This document shows, piece by piece, positions 26,701 to 35,948 of a DNA stretch of 51,941 nt. The position numbers and the translations under genes were made by a program. Within the stretch, counting starts at the first letter, position 1. Every line of letters starts with the position of its first letter. The notes under the pieces are model-generated. The model did no database searches. It was given only the letters and a program-made list of their open reading frames with translations, and was not told the DNA's origin. This DNA is from Patescibacteria group bacterium. GTDB taxonomy: Bacteria > Patescibacteriota > Patescibacteriia > Patescibacteriales > JAQVLT01. The stretch spans positions 1 through 51,941 of the forward strand of contig JAQVLT010000008.1 of the NCBI GenBank assembly GCA_028704015.1, written 5' to 3'.

Positions 26701-26937
26701 TTCACCTATAATAGTGAAACTTCCGAAATTATTTTATACATTGACTATAATAAAATTTTAGATGAAGAAGCCGGAAAAATTATTTCGCCGATCAACAGCA
26801 TAACGATTTCCAACGGCGAATTTAACAGTTTGATTTATAAATTATCAATCTGGGATAAGACTTTATCAGAAAGTAAAATCTGGCAGAACCATGGTTATGA
26901 CGTGCAAGAAAAAGAAGGCTTGGTCTTCTTGTGGTAG
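23707..26937 (+). CDS. Secreted multidomain protein: Zn-dependent phospholipase C/S1-P1-like domain, thermonuclease, Ig/FN3-like stalk and LamG-like domain
   Basis: Signal peptide; THPDL..ED..NHYYDP..GHIIHLIQDMGVPAH Zn-ligand pattern; VIDGDT/RYIGVNTPE/YGRLLRY; WHLLAFTY LamG-like tail. Confidence 0.82.
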   Translation: MRFSGRIILFLSALLLLGAGSVFCFDNVKTHPDLSEVAAQIHNQSATRQLTDEQISWIAEGSINEDADPRYLNHYYDPTTGLGLSDNIWKGMAAKDWAKKQDSLTGDYSESAILNNYRQGNLKRSFQGIGHIIHLIQDMGVPAHTRNDAHPEGDPFEEWARDYGKVNNNFQEIQINNLDQAFDELALYSHNNFFSKDTIKILQDNKYQKVNQNIGGKVRTYLVNRIDNKDYKIVYTQNPDSLFSVYQVDGDYGLNFDYWNLLYPKAVGYSAGTIDYFIKEFEKIDQKNKEKEQLSYWERMKVALAFWEEDAKYAWGDAFMASRLAAGKVWNSLFNNDNQDSLTDENNSKQNNGIVLSDKIVTDNATSEEEPEEAEEKVGVARVIDGDTIVLTTGEYVRYIGVNTPELNEPGAQDDECLAWVARIRNMKLLSSGKFRLVKDKSADKDKYGRLLRYVYSGNIFLNEQLALEGLGREFFCQPGWKNCPVTTDEARAKLIKTAAASAQENKRGLYSGVCAGAKTSAASTIVASSTGEVLGEEITNPDQTTEENDNDNLAATSSDDFVYVSGTGSGSASGGNAENSEPTDDDGKQVAINSFNLFDLNSGNIYYTASATVGVDLEIEDEVQGYYFSTSSSTPEINDPAWQSDVPLNFVLNSGDGLKKIFVWLKKAGQIVGAAQSVIYLDTQAPQLSFGEKPDNFSNATTSIFTILSNEDKIGLRYKFDNDDWRLIATNTPFFNESPWEEGTHTLQAEAIDFAGNLASTSYEWLVDLTSPTANMDDLNYKYETMDFPVSWQGEDEDKENVNNQIVSGLKDYDAQYRINDNDWQDWLSGTASTTKNFDQAVADGDEVYFRVRARDQAENVSEWSDSAQTGIDLVIPPLHRWYINEGEGTVLHDVVGDDDLTVASSTWSEGNFLKLGAGEKIEKDFTEEIPENNLSVIFWFRYPVSNEPFKLSLKNSEGNNTLGISLGLNGFSILVNEENISFDDSKFNGGDWHLLAFTYNSETSEIILYIDYNKILDEEAGKIISPINSITISNGEFNSLIYKLSIWDKTLSESKIWQNHGYDVQEKEGLVFLW

Positions 26938-26954
26938 TTTGCAGCTTTTTTTTC

Positions 26955-26983
26955 TTGACTTTTGTCTTATTTTTATCGATAAT
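26955..26983 (+). promoter_or_regulatory. Sigma70-type promoter for the ugd cluster
   Basis: TTGACT, 17 nt, GATAAT. Confidence 0.6.
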
Positions 26984-27044
26984 TACTTAATAGATGTTAG
27001 CTGACTAAAGTTTTATAATAAAAGCTAATTTTAGTTATTTTTTT

Positions 27045-28424
27045 ATGAAAATTTTGTATATTGGCGGTGGTTATGTCGGCACGTGTAGCGCCGCAGTGAG
27101 CGCTGATAGCGGACACGAAGTATTGGTATATGATAATGATAAAGAAAAAATAGAGAGATTATCGTCATTAAAAAAAGAAGCAATTGAATCATGTTTGTTT
27201 GAAGAAGGGTTGAGTGAATTTATCATCAGAAACGAAAAGAGATTAAAGTTCAGTAATAATTATGACGACGTTAAATTTTTTATAGATGAGGCATGGGCGA
27301 TTTTTATGTGTTTGCCTACGCCCGAAAAAGACGAGAGCGGAGAAACAAATCTAAGCTATTATGAATCCGCCTGCGAACAACTGGCGCAAGTTCTGAGCGG
27401 CCGCAATGGCGGTTTGCAAAAAAATCACATCTTGATTGTTAACAAAAGCACGGTGCCAATTGAAATGGTTGATAGGACTTCTCAAATTTTGGATAAATAC
27501 GGAGTAAAAAATTATGGCGTAGGTTCCAACCCGGAATTTTTGGTAGAAGGAAAAGCCATAGAAGGCTCAACTAGGCCGCAACGCGTCGTGGTTGGCGCTT
27601 GGGAAAAAGAAGATTTTGAAATTTTTCGTGATATTTATAAACGTTTTTATGATTCTCCGAGCACGATTTATATTGAAGTCAATCCACTTGAAGCCGCCGC
27701 CGGAAAATTATTAGCCAATTATTTTCTGTTTAACAAAGTAGTTAATTGTTTTGACGTCGCGGGAAGAACTTGCGAAAATTTTAGCAATTTGCACTACGAA
27801 AACGTCAGAAAAATATTAATAAGCGATAAAAGAATCGGCGATTGGGGATTCTATGACAGTCTATATGCCGGCGGCAGCTGCTACATCAAAGATGCGCGAT
27901 CTTTGGCGCATCAATTGTCAGCAAAGGGCGTTAATGCTGATATGATAACAAATACCTTACAGGCAAATTCCCGACAATTAGAATTGTTTTTAAATCGTCC
28001 AGAAAAAGAGTTAAATTTCAATTGGCAGGGAAAGAAAATCGGTCTCTTTGGTTTGGCTTTTAAGCGCGACACCAACGATATTCGTAATTCCGCCGCTATC
28101 GGAGTCGTGAAATTTTTATTGGAAAAAAATGTAGATTTAATTAATGCTTACGATCCAGCCGCAGGCGAATATTTCAAGAAGTATTTTGCTGATCATGCGA
28201 AAAGCGAAAAAATAAAAATAGTCATTCGCGAAGATGAAGCGATTGCCGGCGCAGATGTTTTAATTATCGCTACGGATTGGCCGCAATTCAGGGAATTATC
28301 GGAAAATATCAAGGTCAATTTAAAACCCGGCGGTTTAATTATGGATGGTCGCCGAACGCTTCATGGCGAATACGACGAATTAAAAAAAGCCGGTTTTTCT
28401 ATTATTGCTGTTGGTTCAAAATAA
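27045..28424 (+). CDS. ugd: UDP-glucose/GDP-mannose 6-dehydrogenase
   Basis: IGGGYVG, NKSTVP, SNPEFLVEG, GGSC (catalytic Cys), GLAFKRDTNDIR. Confidence 0.92.
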   Translation: MKILYIGGGYVGTCSAAVSADSGHEVLVYDNDKEKIERLSSLKKEAIESCLFEEGLSEFIIRNEKRLKFSNNYDDVKFFIDEAWAIFMCLPTPEKDESGETNLSYYESACEQLAQVLSGRNGGLQKNHILIVNKSTVPIEMVDRTSQILDKYGVKNYGVGSNPEFLVEGKAIEGSTRPQRVVVGAWEKEDFEIFRDIYKRFYDSPSTIYIEVNPLEAAAGKLLANYFLFNKVVNCFDVAGRTCENFSNLHYENVRKILISDKRIGDWGFYDSLYAGGSCYIKDARSLAHQLSAKGVNADMITNTLQANSRQLELFLNRPEKELNFNWQGKKIGLFGLAFKRDTNDIRNSAAIGVVKFLLEKNVDLINAYDPAAGEYFKKYFADHAKSEKIKIVIREDEAIAGADVLIIATDWPQFRELSENIKVNLKPGGLIMDGRRTLHGEYDELKKAGFSIIAVGSK

Positions 28425-28455
28425 ATAAACTGATAATTTTAATCAATATAAGTAT

Positions 28456-29379
28456 ATGTCAAAAATTTTAGTCACCGGCGGCGCCGGTTTTATCGGCTCT
28501 AATCTGGTTGATGAATTAGTCAGGTTAAAACACAAAGTCGCCGTTGTTGATGATCTTTCTACTGGAAAAATTGAATATTTAAATCCGAAAGCTAAATTTT
28601 ATCAGGCTAATATTTGCGACGAGAAAAAAATCGCTGAGATTTTCAGGATTGAAAAACCGCAATATGTTTTTCATTTAGCGGCGCAGATGGATATCAGAAA
28701 ATCAGTGGATGATCCAATTTTTGACAGTGAAGTTAATATTGGCGGCGGTTTGAATATTTTGAAAAATTGCTGGAAAAATAAAGTCAAAAAAATTATCTTT
28801 CCTTCAACCGCCGGAATCTATGGTGAAACGAAAAAGCCGGTCAGTGAAGAAGCGCCAAAATTTTTTGAAGCGCCTTATGCTTTGCATAAATATGCTTTTG
28901 AAAAACATTTGGAAATTTTTTCTAAGATTTACAAGATAGATTTTGCGGTTTTGCGTTTTGCCAATGTCTATGGTCCGCGCCAATACAAAGGAGGCGAGGG
29001 GGCGGTGGTGGGAATTTTTACCTATAACGCCGTGCGTGGATTGCCTTGCAAAATTTTTGGTGATGGCCGGCAAACTAGAGATTTTATTTTCGTGGATGAT
29101 GTCGTAAAAGCTTGTTTAAAAGCGGCTTTTAGCGCAAATACAGGAGTTTATAATATCAGCACCGGCAAGATAATCAATCTTTTTGCTCTTATTAAGTCAA
29201 TAGAAAAGGTGAATAATAAAAAAATCATTTATCGCAAACTTCCCAGGCGGCCGGGTGAAATTAGAAATAATTCCTTGAATCCCAAGCGCGCTAATCGTAT
29301 TTTAAAATGGAAAGCGCTTGTTAGCCTTGAGGAGGGGATTAAGAAAACTATTGGATGGGTAAAATCGCAGAAAGGTTAA
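28456..29379 (+). CDS. NAD-dependent epimerase/dehydratase (UDP-glucose 4-epimerase-like)
   Basis: VTGGAGFIGS, HLAAQ, YALHK (YxxxK), RFANVYGPRQ, GDGRQTRDFIFVDD. Confidence 0.92.
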   Translation: MSKILVTGGAGFIGSNLVDELVRLKHKVAVVDDLSTGKIEYLNPKAKFYQANICDEKKIAEIFRIEKPQYVFHLAAQMDIRKSVDDPIFDSEVNIGGGLNILKNCWKNKVKKIIFPSTAGIYGETKKPVSEEAPKFFEAPYALHKYAFEKHLEIFSKIYKIDFAVLRFANVYGPRQYKGGEGAVVGIFTYNAVRGLPCKIFGDGRQTRDFIFVDDVVKACLKAAFSANTGVYNISTGKIINLFALIKSIEKVNNKKIIYRKLPRRPGEIRNNSLNPKRANRILKWKALVSLEEGIKKTIGWVKSQKG

Positions 29380-29396
29380 TAATATTTTAAAATTGC

Positions 29397-29876
29397 ATGA
29401 GAAAAATTTATCAAAAGTTAAAAAATAAATTTAATACCTCTTATCCAAATTTGTACGAGAAATTGGATAAGAAAAAAATTATTATTAAATATATAATTTC
29501 CGGTGGCATTGCCACCACGGTGGATTTAGGGTTACTTTATTTTTTTACCGATATTTTTAAAATTTGGTATTTAGCGTCAGCTACTTTTGCTTTTGTCATC
29601 GCCTTCTTCGTCAGTTTTAGTTTGCAGAAATTTTGGACATTCCGAGAAAACAGTCGCGAAAAAATTATTCAGCAATTATCGCTTTATTTAATTACTGGTT
29701 TAATAAATTTGGGAATAAATGCGGCGGGGATGTATATTTTAGTTGATATTTTAAATCTTTGGTATATACTCGCGCAAATTATTATGGGCGGAGTGGTTGC
29801 TATCGGGAGTTTCTTAGTTTATAAATTTGTTATTTTTAATCCAATTTTTTCAAAGAGATATGAAAATAATTGTTAA
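29397..29876 (+). CDS. GtrA family membrane protein
   Basis: KYIISGGIATTVD..LQKFWTF pattern with four TM helices. Confidence 0.85.
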   Translation: MRKIYQKLKNKFNTSYPNLYEKLDKKKIIIKYIISGGIATTVDLGLLYFFTDIFKIWYLASATFAFVIAFFVSFSLQKFWTFRENSREKIIQQLSLYLITGLINLGINAAGMYILVDILNLWYILAQIIMGGVVAIGSFLVYKFVIFNPIFSKRYENNC

Positions 29877-30186
29877 AGAAGAAAATTTGCCAATGCAACC
29901 TGAACAGATTTTAAGGCAGGCGGGCTATGGATATATTGAAGATCCAGTGATGGAGAAAGAAAGTTTCGTCAGGCATTTTGGTCGCGAACGCTATCCGCGA
30001 TTTCATATGTATATTAATGAAAAAAATGGCCATATTATTTTTGATTTGCATTTGGATCAAAAAAAAGCCAGCTACGCCGGTTTGCATATGCACAGCGCTG
30101 AGTATGGCGGAGAATTGGTGGAGGCGGAAATAAAAAGAATAAAAATTTTAATCAGCGATTTATATCGCAAAACGCATATCGCGTAA
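29860..30186 (+). CDS. Conserved hypothetical protein
   Basis: ATG at 29860 overlaps the gtrA end. Motifs LRQAGY, RYPRFHMY, HLDQKKASY. Confidence 0.75.
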   Translation: MKIIVKEENLPMQPEQILRQAGYGYIEDPVMEKESFVRHFGRERYPRFHMYINEKNGHIIFDLHLDQKKASYAGLHMHSAEYGGELVEAEIKRIKILISDLYRKTHIA

Positions 30187-30215
30187 CACATAACACATAA
30201 CACATAACACATAAC
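30181..30215. repeat. GCGTAAC(ACATAAC)4 heptamer array
   Basis: Four perfect copies; degenerate complementary units lie at 31189-31253. Confidence 0.85.
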
Positions 30216-30229
30216 AAGATATTGGTTAT

Positions 30230-31180
30230 ATGAAATTTAATAAAATAATTTTATACGATCTGAAATCCAAACCCCTGGAAGATGAGTTTATAAATAAATT
30301 AAAAGAATATGCCGTTAGAGTTGAGATAATTTTTGCTGAAAAAGAATATGCTCAATCTTTAAAACCGGAAGATGCAAAAGGCGCGGATGCAATTATCACT
30401 AGGTTGCTTGATTTTTACGCGGATAAAATTTTCACTCGAGGAACACTTAAATTTATCACAACCATGCATACGGATTTTTCAAATTTTAAGCTTGCCTTGC
30501 TAAGACAAAACGGAATTACTTTAAGCAACGTTCCTGGATATTCAACGGAAGCGGTTGCAGAACTAACGGTTTCAGCACTTTTGAATATTTCCCGGCGGAC
30601 TCACGATGCTATGAATTTTGTTAAACAAGGAAATTGGGGTTTTGAAAAATTTATGGGTTGGGAGCTAAAAGGAAAAACATTGGGAATTATCGGTTTGGGG
30701 AAAATTGGCGGGAGGGTAGCAGAAATTTGCCAGTGCTTCGGCATGAATATTGTTTATTTTTCAAAAGTCAGAAAATCGGATTCAGAGCAGAAAGGAATAA
30801 AATTTGCCGAACTCGACGTATTACTAAGAGAAAGCGATGCCATAAGCTTGCATTGTTCTTTAAATAATGAAACGGAACAAATATTAAATAAGGCCAGGCT
30901 GCAATTAATGAAACCGGGCGCGGTTTTACTTGACCCAGGAAGATCGGAGCTGGTAGATTTGGAAGCGGTATTTGAACTTTGCAAAGAAAAAAAGATATAT
31001 GCCTGGTTTGAAGCGATTGAAGATAAAAATATCAGAGACAAATTTGGAGTTTTGGATAATGTATATCTGACGCCGCATTTCGGCTGGATGACCGAGGAAG
31101 CGCAGTGGAGATTGCGAGAAATCACTCTTTCAAATATTAAAGCATATTTGGATGATAGTCCTGTAAATAGAATAATTTAA
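30230..31180 (+). CDS. D-isomer-specific 2-hydroxyacid dehydrogenase family protein
   Basis: NVPGYSTEAVAE, LKGKTLGIIGLGKIG, ISLHC, LTPHFGW. Confidence 0.9.
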   Translation: MKFNKIILYDLKSKPLEDEFINKLKEYAVRVEIIFAEKEYAQSLKPEDAKGADAIITRLLDFYADKIFTRGTLKFITTMHTDFSNFKLALLRQNGITLSNVPGYSTEAVAELTVSALLNISRRTHDAMNFVKQGNWGFEKFMGWELKGKTLGIIGLGKIGGRVAEICQCFGMNIVYFSKVRKSDSEQKGIKFAELDVLLRESDAISLHCSLNNETEQILNKARLQLMKPGAVLLDPGRSELVDLEAVFELCKEKKIYAWFEAIEDKNIRDKFGVLDNVYLTPHFGWMTEEAQWRLREITLSNIKAYLDDSPVNRII

Positions 31181-31258
31181 TTTAAAAATGTTACGCGTTA
31201 TCCGCCGGGGGCGGACAAGTGTGTTATGTGCTGTGAGTTATGTTTTGTGTGACAAATT

Positions 31259-33127
31259 ATGAATTCTTCCGACGAAATAAAATCTAAATTGGATATTGTA
31301 GATATAATTCGCGATTATATCCCGCTTAAGGCCGCGGGCGTAAATTTTCGCGCTAATTGTCCATTTCATCACGAGAAATCTCCCTCCTTTATCGTTTCGC
31401 CGGAAAAACAGATTTGGCATTGCTTCGGTTGCGGCAAGGGCGGCGATGTAATTTCTTTTGTTATGGATATTGAAGGATTGAGCTTCATTGAAGCTTTGCG
31501 TATGCTCGCACCTAAGGCTGGAATTACTTTAGTGCGTCAGAATCCGGAATTAACCTCCAAACGCAATCGGCTTTTGGATATTTTAGAAATTTCCGTAAAA
31601 TATTATCATAAAATTTTATTATCAAACGCGCAGGCGGGAGCCGCCAAAGAATATTTGGCGAAGCGCGGTTTGAGCGATAACACAATTGATGAATGGCAAA
31701 TCGGCTATAGCCCGGATTCGTGGGATGACTTGATTATTTTGTTGAAGAGCAGGGGGTTTACCGATAATGAAATATTTTTGGCGGGAATGTCAGTAAAAAA
31801 AGAAGGCATGGGTAGATTCTATAATCGTTTTCGTGATCGCATTATGTTCCCAATTTTTGATATCAACGGCGCGCCGGTAGCATTTTCCGCGCGCGTCAAT
31901 CCGGCAAAAGAAGCTACGGAAAAAATGGGCAAGTATATCAACAGTCCGCAGACAATGGTTTATGATAAGAGTAAAATTTTATTCGGCCTAGACAAAGCGA
32001 AGATGGCAATCAAGGCAAATAATTTAGCAATAATTGTTGAAGGACAAATGGACGCGATTACCGCACATCAAAACGGTTTTAAAAATATTATCGCTTCTTC
32101 GGGTACCGCCTTGACCGGTGAGCAGATAAATCTGATTAAGCGCTATACGGATAATATCGCGCTTGCTTTTGACGCTGACACGGCCGGTGAATTAGCAGCG
32201 GATCGGGGAATACGCGAAGCTATGGCCAAAGAAATGAATATTAAAGTAATTGAAGTACCGCTCGGCAAAGATCCGGATGAATGCATTAAATCAAATCCGA
32301 CCGAATGGAAAAAAGCGGTTACAGCGGCGAAGCCGATGATGCAATATTATTTTGATAAAATTTTTGCCAATCTTGATCTAAGCACTGTTGATAATCGGCG
32401 TGAGACCGCCAAAAAACTCTTGCCGACAATTTTTAAATTAGGCAATGCGATTGAAAAAGATTATTGGTTGAAAAAATTGAGTGCCAAAATAGATGTGGAG
32501 GAAAATATTTTACGCGAGACTTTGCAAAAAATGAAAGCAACCAAACAAGAAGCGGAATATAAAAAAGCACCAGATAGGGCCAGTCGAGAGATTGTCCAAA
32601 CTAGGCAGGAGATGCTTTCCGAACTATTGATTGCCTTGATTTTAAAATTTCCAATTTTGTTTAGCTATGTTCTTGACCATTTGATTCCGGAGCAGATCGC
32701 CGGAGATGGAAATCAGAGGCTTTACAAGGAATTAATAATTTATTATAATAATATTACTGTCAGCTTGTTTGAAGGAGAGGCGATGGATTTTAATTATCAA
32801 GAATTGAGCAATTGGCTAAAAGAAAAGGAAATAGGACAAATTAGCGTAATAAATTCAGATGAGCTTCGTCCTCAATCAGAATTGGTAAATTTGTTGGATC
32901 GGTTAATGCTTTTGGCTGACCGTGATTTTTATAATTTTGATAACGAACAAGCAAAAAATGAAATTATAAGAATAATCGTTTTCTTGAAAAAACAATATTT
33001 AACCAACCGCATGAAAGAATTGGAAAAGCTTATTAGTGAAGCGGAAAAAAATAATGACAAAGCAAATATTGTCTCTCTAATGGAAGAATTAAAATTAATT
33101 TTTGAAGAAATCAAAGAACTTAGTTAA
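31259..33127 (+). CDS. dnaG: DNA primase
   Basis: [15 protein letters not shown] zinc finger, [30 protein letters not shown]. Confidence 0.97.
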   Translation: MNSSDEIKSKLDIVDIIRDYIPLKAAGVNFRANCPFHHEKSPSFIVSPEKQIWHCFGCGKGGDVISFVMDIEGLSFIEALRMLAPKAGITLVRQNPELTSKRNRLLDILEISVKYYHKILLSNAQAGAAKEYLAKRGLSDNTIDEWQIGYSPDSWDDLIILLKSRGFTDNEIFLAGMSVKKEGMGRFYNRFRDRIMFPIFDINGAPVAFSARVNPAKEATEKMGKYINSPQTMVYDKSKILFGLDKAKMAIKANNLAIIVEGQMDAITAHQNGFKNIIASSGTALTGEQINLIKRYTDNIALAFDADTAGELAADRGIREAMAKEMNIKVIEVPLGKDPDECIKSNPTEWKKAVTAAKPMMQYYFDKIFANLDLSTVDNRRETAKKLLPTIFKLGNAIEKDYWLKKLSAKIDVEENILRETLQKMKATKQEAEYKKAPDRASREIVQTRQEMLSELLIALILKFPILFSYVLDHLIPEQIAGDGNQRLYKELIIYYNNITVSLFEGEAMDFNYQELSNWLKEKEIGQISVINSDELRPQSELVNLLDRLMLLADRDFYNFDNEQAKNEIIRIIVFLKKQYLTNRMKELEKLISEAEKNNDKANIVSLMEELKLIFEEIKELS

Positions 33128-33146
33128 TTTTTATTATATAATTTTC

Positions 33147-34481
33147 ATGCCTAAAAAAAAGCAAAAAAATAAAAAGGCAAGAATAATTAAAAAGATTAAA
33201 GAAAAAATCTTTAAAAAGCCGACTCATAAGCCGGCTAAAGCTGTGAAAAAAACAGCTAAATTTAGAATTGAAAACAAAAAGAAAAAAGGAATAAAAAAAT
33301 TACCACAAAAAAAAGAAATTATTGAAGAAGCAATCAGGCCATCAGAAGAAAAAAGAAGGGCTTTAATTGAGAAAGGACGTTCGCGCGGTTTTGTCACCGA
33401 AACTGAATTATTATATTTATTTCCAGAAGTGGAAGAGTATATTTTTGATTATGAAGTTTTTTTGGAAGATTTACAGAAAAAGGGCATTAGAATTATTGAA
33501 GATACCGGACAGATTTTAAATATCAACTCAAGCTTAACGGTTAAAGCGAAGGAAGAAAAGCCGAAAGGCAAAGGAAAAAACAGGGCCAAAGAACAAAGCG
33601 AGGCTGATGAAGCGCAGCTTATAGAGGATATCAAAAATATTGATTTGTCCAAATTAAGTTCGGATTCCATCCAAATGTATCTGAAAGAAATCGGCAGGGT
33701 TCCTCTGCTAACCGGCGAAGAAGAAGTTGAATTAGCCAAGAGAAAAGAAAGAGGGGACAAGGAAGCTGAGAAAAAAATAATTGAAGCAAATTTGCGCCTC
33801 GTGGTTTCCATTGCCAAAAAATTCACCGGGGTTAAGGGTTTAAGTTTATTAGATCTGATTCAAGAAGGCAATATTGGTCTATTTCGTGCCGTGGAAAAGT
33901 TTGAATATCGGAAAGGTTATAAATTTTCTACTTATGCGACTTGGTGGATAAGGCAGGCAATTACTCGAGCTTTGGCTGATCAATCTCGTACCATCCGTAT
34001 TCCTGTTCATATGGTAGAGACAATCAATAAATTTACCCAGGTGCAGAGGCAGTTAATTCAGGATTTGGGACGTGAGCCGTTGCCGGAAGAAATAGCCGCT
34101 GAAATGAGCGAAGAAATTGATAAAGTTCGCCATATTATCAAAATTTCCCAGGATACAATTTCTCTGGAAACTACGGTCGGCGAAGACGAGGAAGACTCAA
34201 CGTTGGAGGATTTTATTGAAGATGTCCGTAGTGTAACGCCGGATAGATCAGCCGCCTTGCAATTGCTCAAGGATTACGTGCGCGAAATCGTGGCAAATCT
34301 TTCGCCGCGCGAGCAAAAAATATTAGAAATGCGTTTTGGCTTAGTTGACGGCGTGGCTCACACCCTGGAAGAAGTTGGCCAGGAGTTTGATGTTACCCGC
34401 GAACGTATTCGCCAGATTGAAGCCAAGGCGTTAGAGCGCATTCAAAAGCACGAAGGAATAAAGAAACTTAGAGACTTTTAA
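33147..34481 (+). CDS. rpoD: Primary RNA polymerase sigma factor
   Basis: [59 protein letters not shown]. Confidence 0.97.
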   Translation: MPKKKQKNKKARIIKKIKEKIFKKPTHKPAKAVKKTAKFRIENKKKKGIKKLPQKKEIIEEAIRPSEEKRRALIEKGRSRGFVTETELLYLFPEVEEYIFDYEVFLEDLQKKGIRIIEDTGQILNINSSLTVKAKEEKPKGKGKNRAKEQSEADEAQLIEDIKNIDLSKLSSDSIQMYLKEIGRVPLLTGEEEVELAKRKERGDKEAEKKIIEANLRLVVSIAKKFTGVKGLSLLDLIQEGNIGLFRAVEKFEYRKGYKFSTYATWWIRQAITRALADQSRTIRIPVHMVETINKFTQVQRQLIQDLGREPLPEEIAAEMSEEIDKVRHIIKISQDTISLETTVGEDEEDSTLEDFIEDVRSVTPDRSAALQLLKDYVREIVANLSPREQKILEMRFGLVDGVAHTLEEVGQEFDVTRERIRQIEAKALERIQKHEGIKKLRDF

Positions 34482-34594
34482 TAATTTTAGATTTAAGATT
34501 TTAGATTTAAGATTTGAATTGACAAAATTTTTATATTTGGATAATATATTTTTAGTGCCCCAAAGGCATTTTTAATTTAAGATTTTTGATTTTT

Positions 34595-34614
34595 CCTGCC
34601 TGCCGGCAGGCAGG
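34595..34614. repeat. Perfect 20-bp palindrome CCTGCCTGCCGGCAGGCAGG
   Basis: Self-complementary; related copies at 11147, 22923 and 39441. Confidence 0.9.
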
Positions 34615-34631
34615 GATTTAAGATTTTGTTC

Positions 34632-34982
34632 ATGAATAAGGAGGAACTAAAAGAGCGCACCAAGAAGTTCTCTTTGCGTATTATTAGATTGGTTAATTCA
34701 TTGCCAAATAATAAAGCTGGATACGCGATTGGCAATCAATTGATAAGGTCGGGTACTTCCGTGGGCGCTAATTATAGAGCTGTTTGCAGAGCAAAGTCAA
34801 AAGCGGATTTTATAGCCAAGCTGGGAGTGGTAATTGAAGAAGCTGATGAAACTGTTTATTGGTTGGAATTAATCATTGAGGGCGGTATATTGTCAAAAGA
34901 GTTAGTCATGCCTCTGCTACAAGAGGCAAATGAACTAACGGCAATTATGGTTGCGTCCAGAAAAACCATTTCAAATTCATAA
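34632..34982 (+). CDS. Four-helix-bundle protein (23S rRNA IVS-protein family)
   Basis: QLIRSGTSVGANYRA..FIAKLGVVIEEADETVYWLEL..EANELTAI signature. Confidence 0.92.
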   Translation: MNKEELKERTKKFSLRIIRLVNSLPNNKAGYAIGNQLIRSGTSVGANYRAVCRAKSKADFIAKLGVVIEEADETVYWLELIIEGGILSKELVMPLLQEANELTAIMVASRKTISNS

Positions 34983-35072
34983 AAATACAAAAAAATAATA
35001 AATAAAAATCTAAAATCAAAAATTATAAAAATAAAATCCTAAATCTTAAATCGTAAATCTAAAATTATTTAT

Positions 35073-35144
35073 TCCCGGGTAGCGCAGCGGTAGCGCAGTT
35101 CGCTGTTAACGAATTGGTCGTCGGTTCGAATCCGACCCCGGGAG
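35073..35144 (+). tRNA. tRNA-Asn (anticodon GTT), CCA not encoded
   Basis: Acceptor TCCCGGG/CCCGGGA, anticodon arm GTTCG-CT GTT AA-CGAAT, T-arm GTCGG-TTCGAAT-CCGAC. Confidence 0.95.
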
Positions 35145-35151
35145 CCGCACT

Positions 35152-35181
35152 CAAAAACACTTGTATTTACAAGTGTTTTTG
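35152..35181 (+). terminator. Terminator after tRNA-Asn
   Basis: caaaaacacttgta-tt-tacaagtgtttttg hairpin. Confidence 0.75.
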
Positions 35182-35209
35182 TATTTTGATGATTTATAGA
35201 AAATCGTAC

Positions 35210-35238
35210 TTGACAACAATGTTAGAATGATATAACAT
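35210..35238 (+). promoter_or_regulatory. Promoter with overlapping palindromic operator candidate
   Basis: TTGACA, 17 nt, TAACAT; ATGTTA-N8-TAACAT inverted repeat at 35219-35238. Confidence 0.5.
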
Positions 35239-35269
35239 ATAAATAGTTAGAAATAATTAACAAAAAATT

Positions 35270-35656
35270 ATGACAAAAAAACAGTATCAATATTGCCGTT
35301 TGGCAATTATCATTATATTGAGCGCGTCTATTAGTATTTCGATTACAATAAATAATTATTATCTTCCAATTATATTTACGTTAAGCGCGATGGCTGGTAT
35401 GTATTATTGTCGAAAACAACTTAAGACTAAAGCAGTGCTGGCAGACGAAAGAGACTATCAAGTTGCGGGAAATGCCGCTCGCTATTCAATCTTTATTTAT
35501 GGTTGGATGGGCGCTATCGGAACATTTGTTTTGATGGCAATCTCAGAAAAACAAGGTGTACTATATGCAGTAAGCCAGTATTTAGCTTTTAGCGTTTGTT
35601 TTCTTATGCTTCTTAATGCTTTTTTGTTTAAATATTTAAGCAAGAGGGAGAAATAA
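35270..35656 (+). CDS. Membrane protein, DUF2178-like
   Basis: Four TM helices with central [13 protein letters not shown] motif; paired with an HTH gene. Confidence 0.75.
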   Translation: MTKKQYQYCRLAIIIILSASISISITINNYYLPIIFTLSAMAGMYYCRKQLKTKAVLADERDYQVAGNAARYSIFIYGWMGAIGTFVLMAISEKQGVLYAVSQYLAFSVCFLMLLNAFLFKYLSKREK

Positions 35657-35657
35657 A

Positions 35658-35846
35658 ATGAAAAACAATATAAAGAAAAAAAGAAATGATTTTGGTTTGA
35701 CGCAACAAGAATTAGCTGACAAAGTTAGTGTCCGCAGGGAGACAATTATTTTTTTAGAAAAAGAAAAATATAATCCGTCTTTAAAATTGGCGATGGATAT
35801 AGCTAAGGTTTTTAAAATAAAAGTGGATGATCTCTTTTGTGATTAA
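35658..35846 (+). CDS. XRE-family HTH transcriptional regulator
   Basis: [32 protein letters not shown]. Confidence 0.92.
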   Translation: MKNNIKKKRNDFGLTQQELADKVSVRRETIIFLEKEKYNPSLKLAMDIAKVFKIKVDDLFCD

Positions 35847-35948
35847 TGGCCTTAGTTCGAATATCGTCCGCGACTTCGAGCAAAATAAAAAATATAGCTG
35901 ATAATAGCGGTATTTTTTATTTTTTCTAAATTTGATATAATTTTAAAT

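Larger units (their letters stand above)
34482..35067. mobile_element. IVS-like element: four-helix-bundle gene enclosed by inverted heptamer arms
   Basis: 34482-34508 matches the reverse complement of 35041-35067 at 25/27, with further inner arm matches. Mobility is inferred, not shown. Confidence 0.6.

Noticed and set aside
30188-30215. Tandem repeats as a possible CRISPR array (also 524-551 and 34482-34520)
   Set aside because: The units are 7 bp with no spacers, and no cas genes are in the window.
35073-35200. tRNA-Asn as an integration site with a duplicated 3' end
   Set aside because: I found no second copy of the tRNA 3' end and no integrase downstream in the window.
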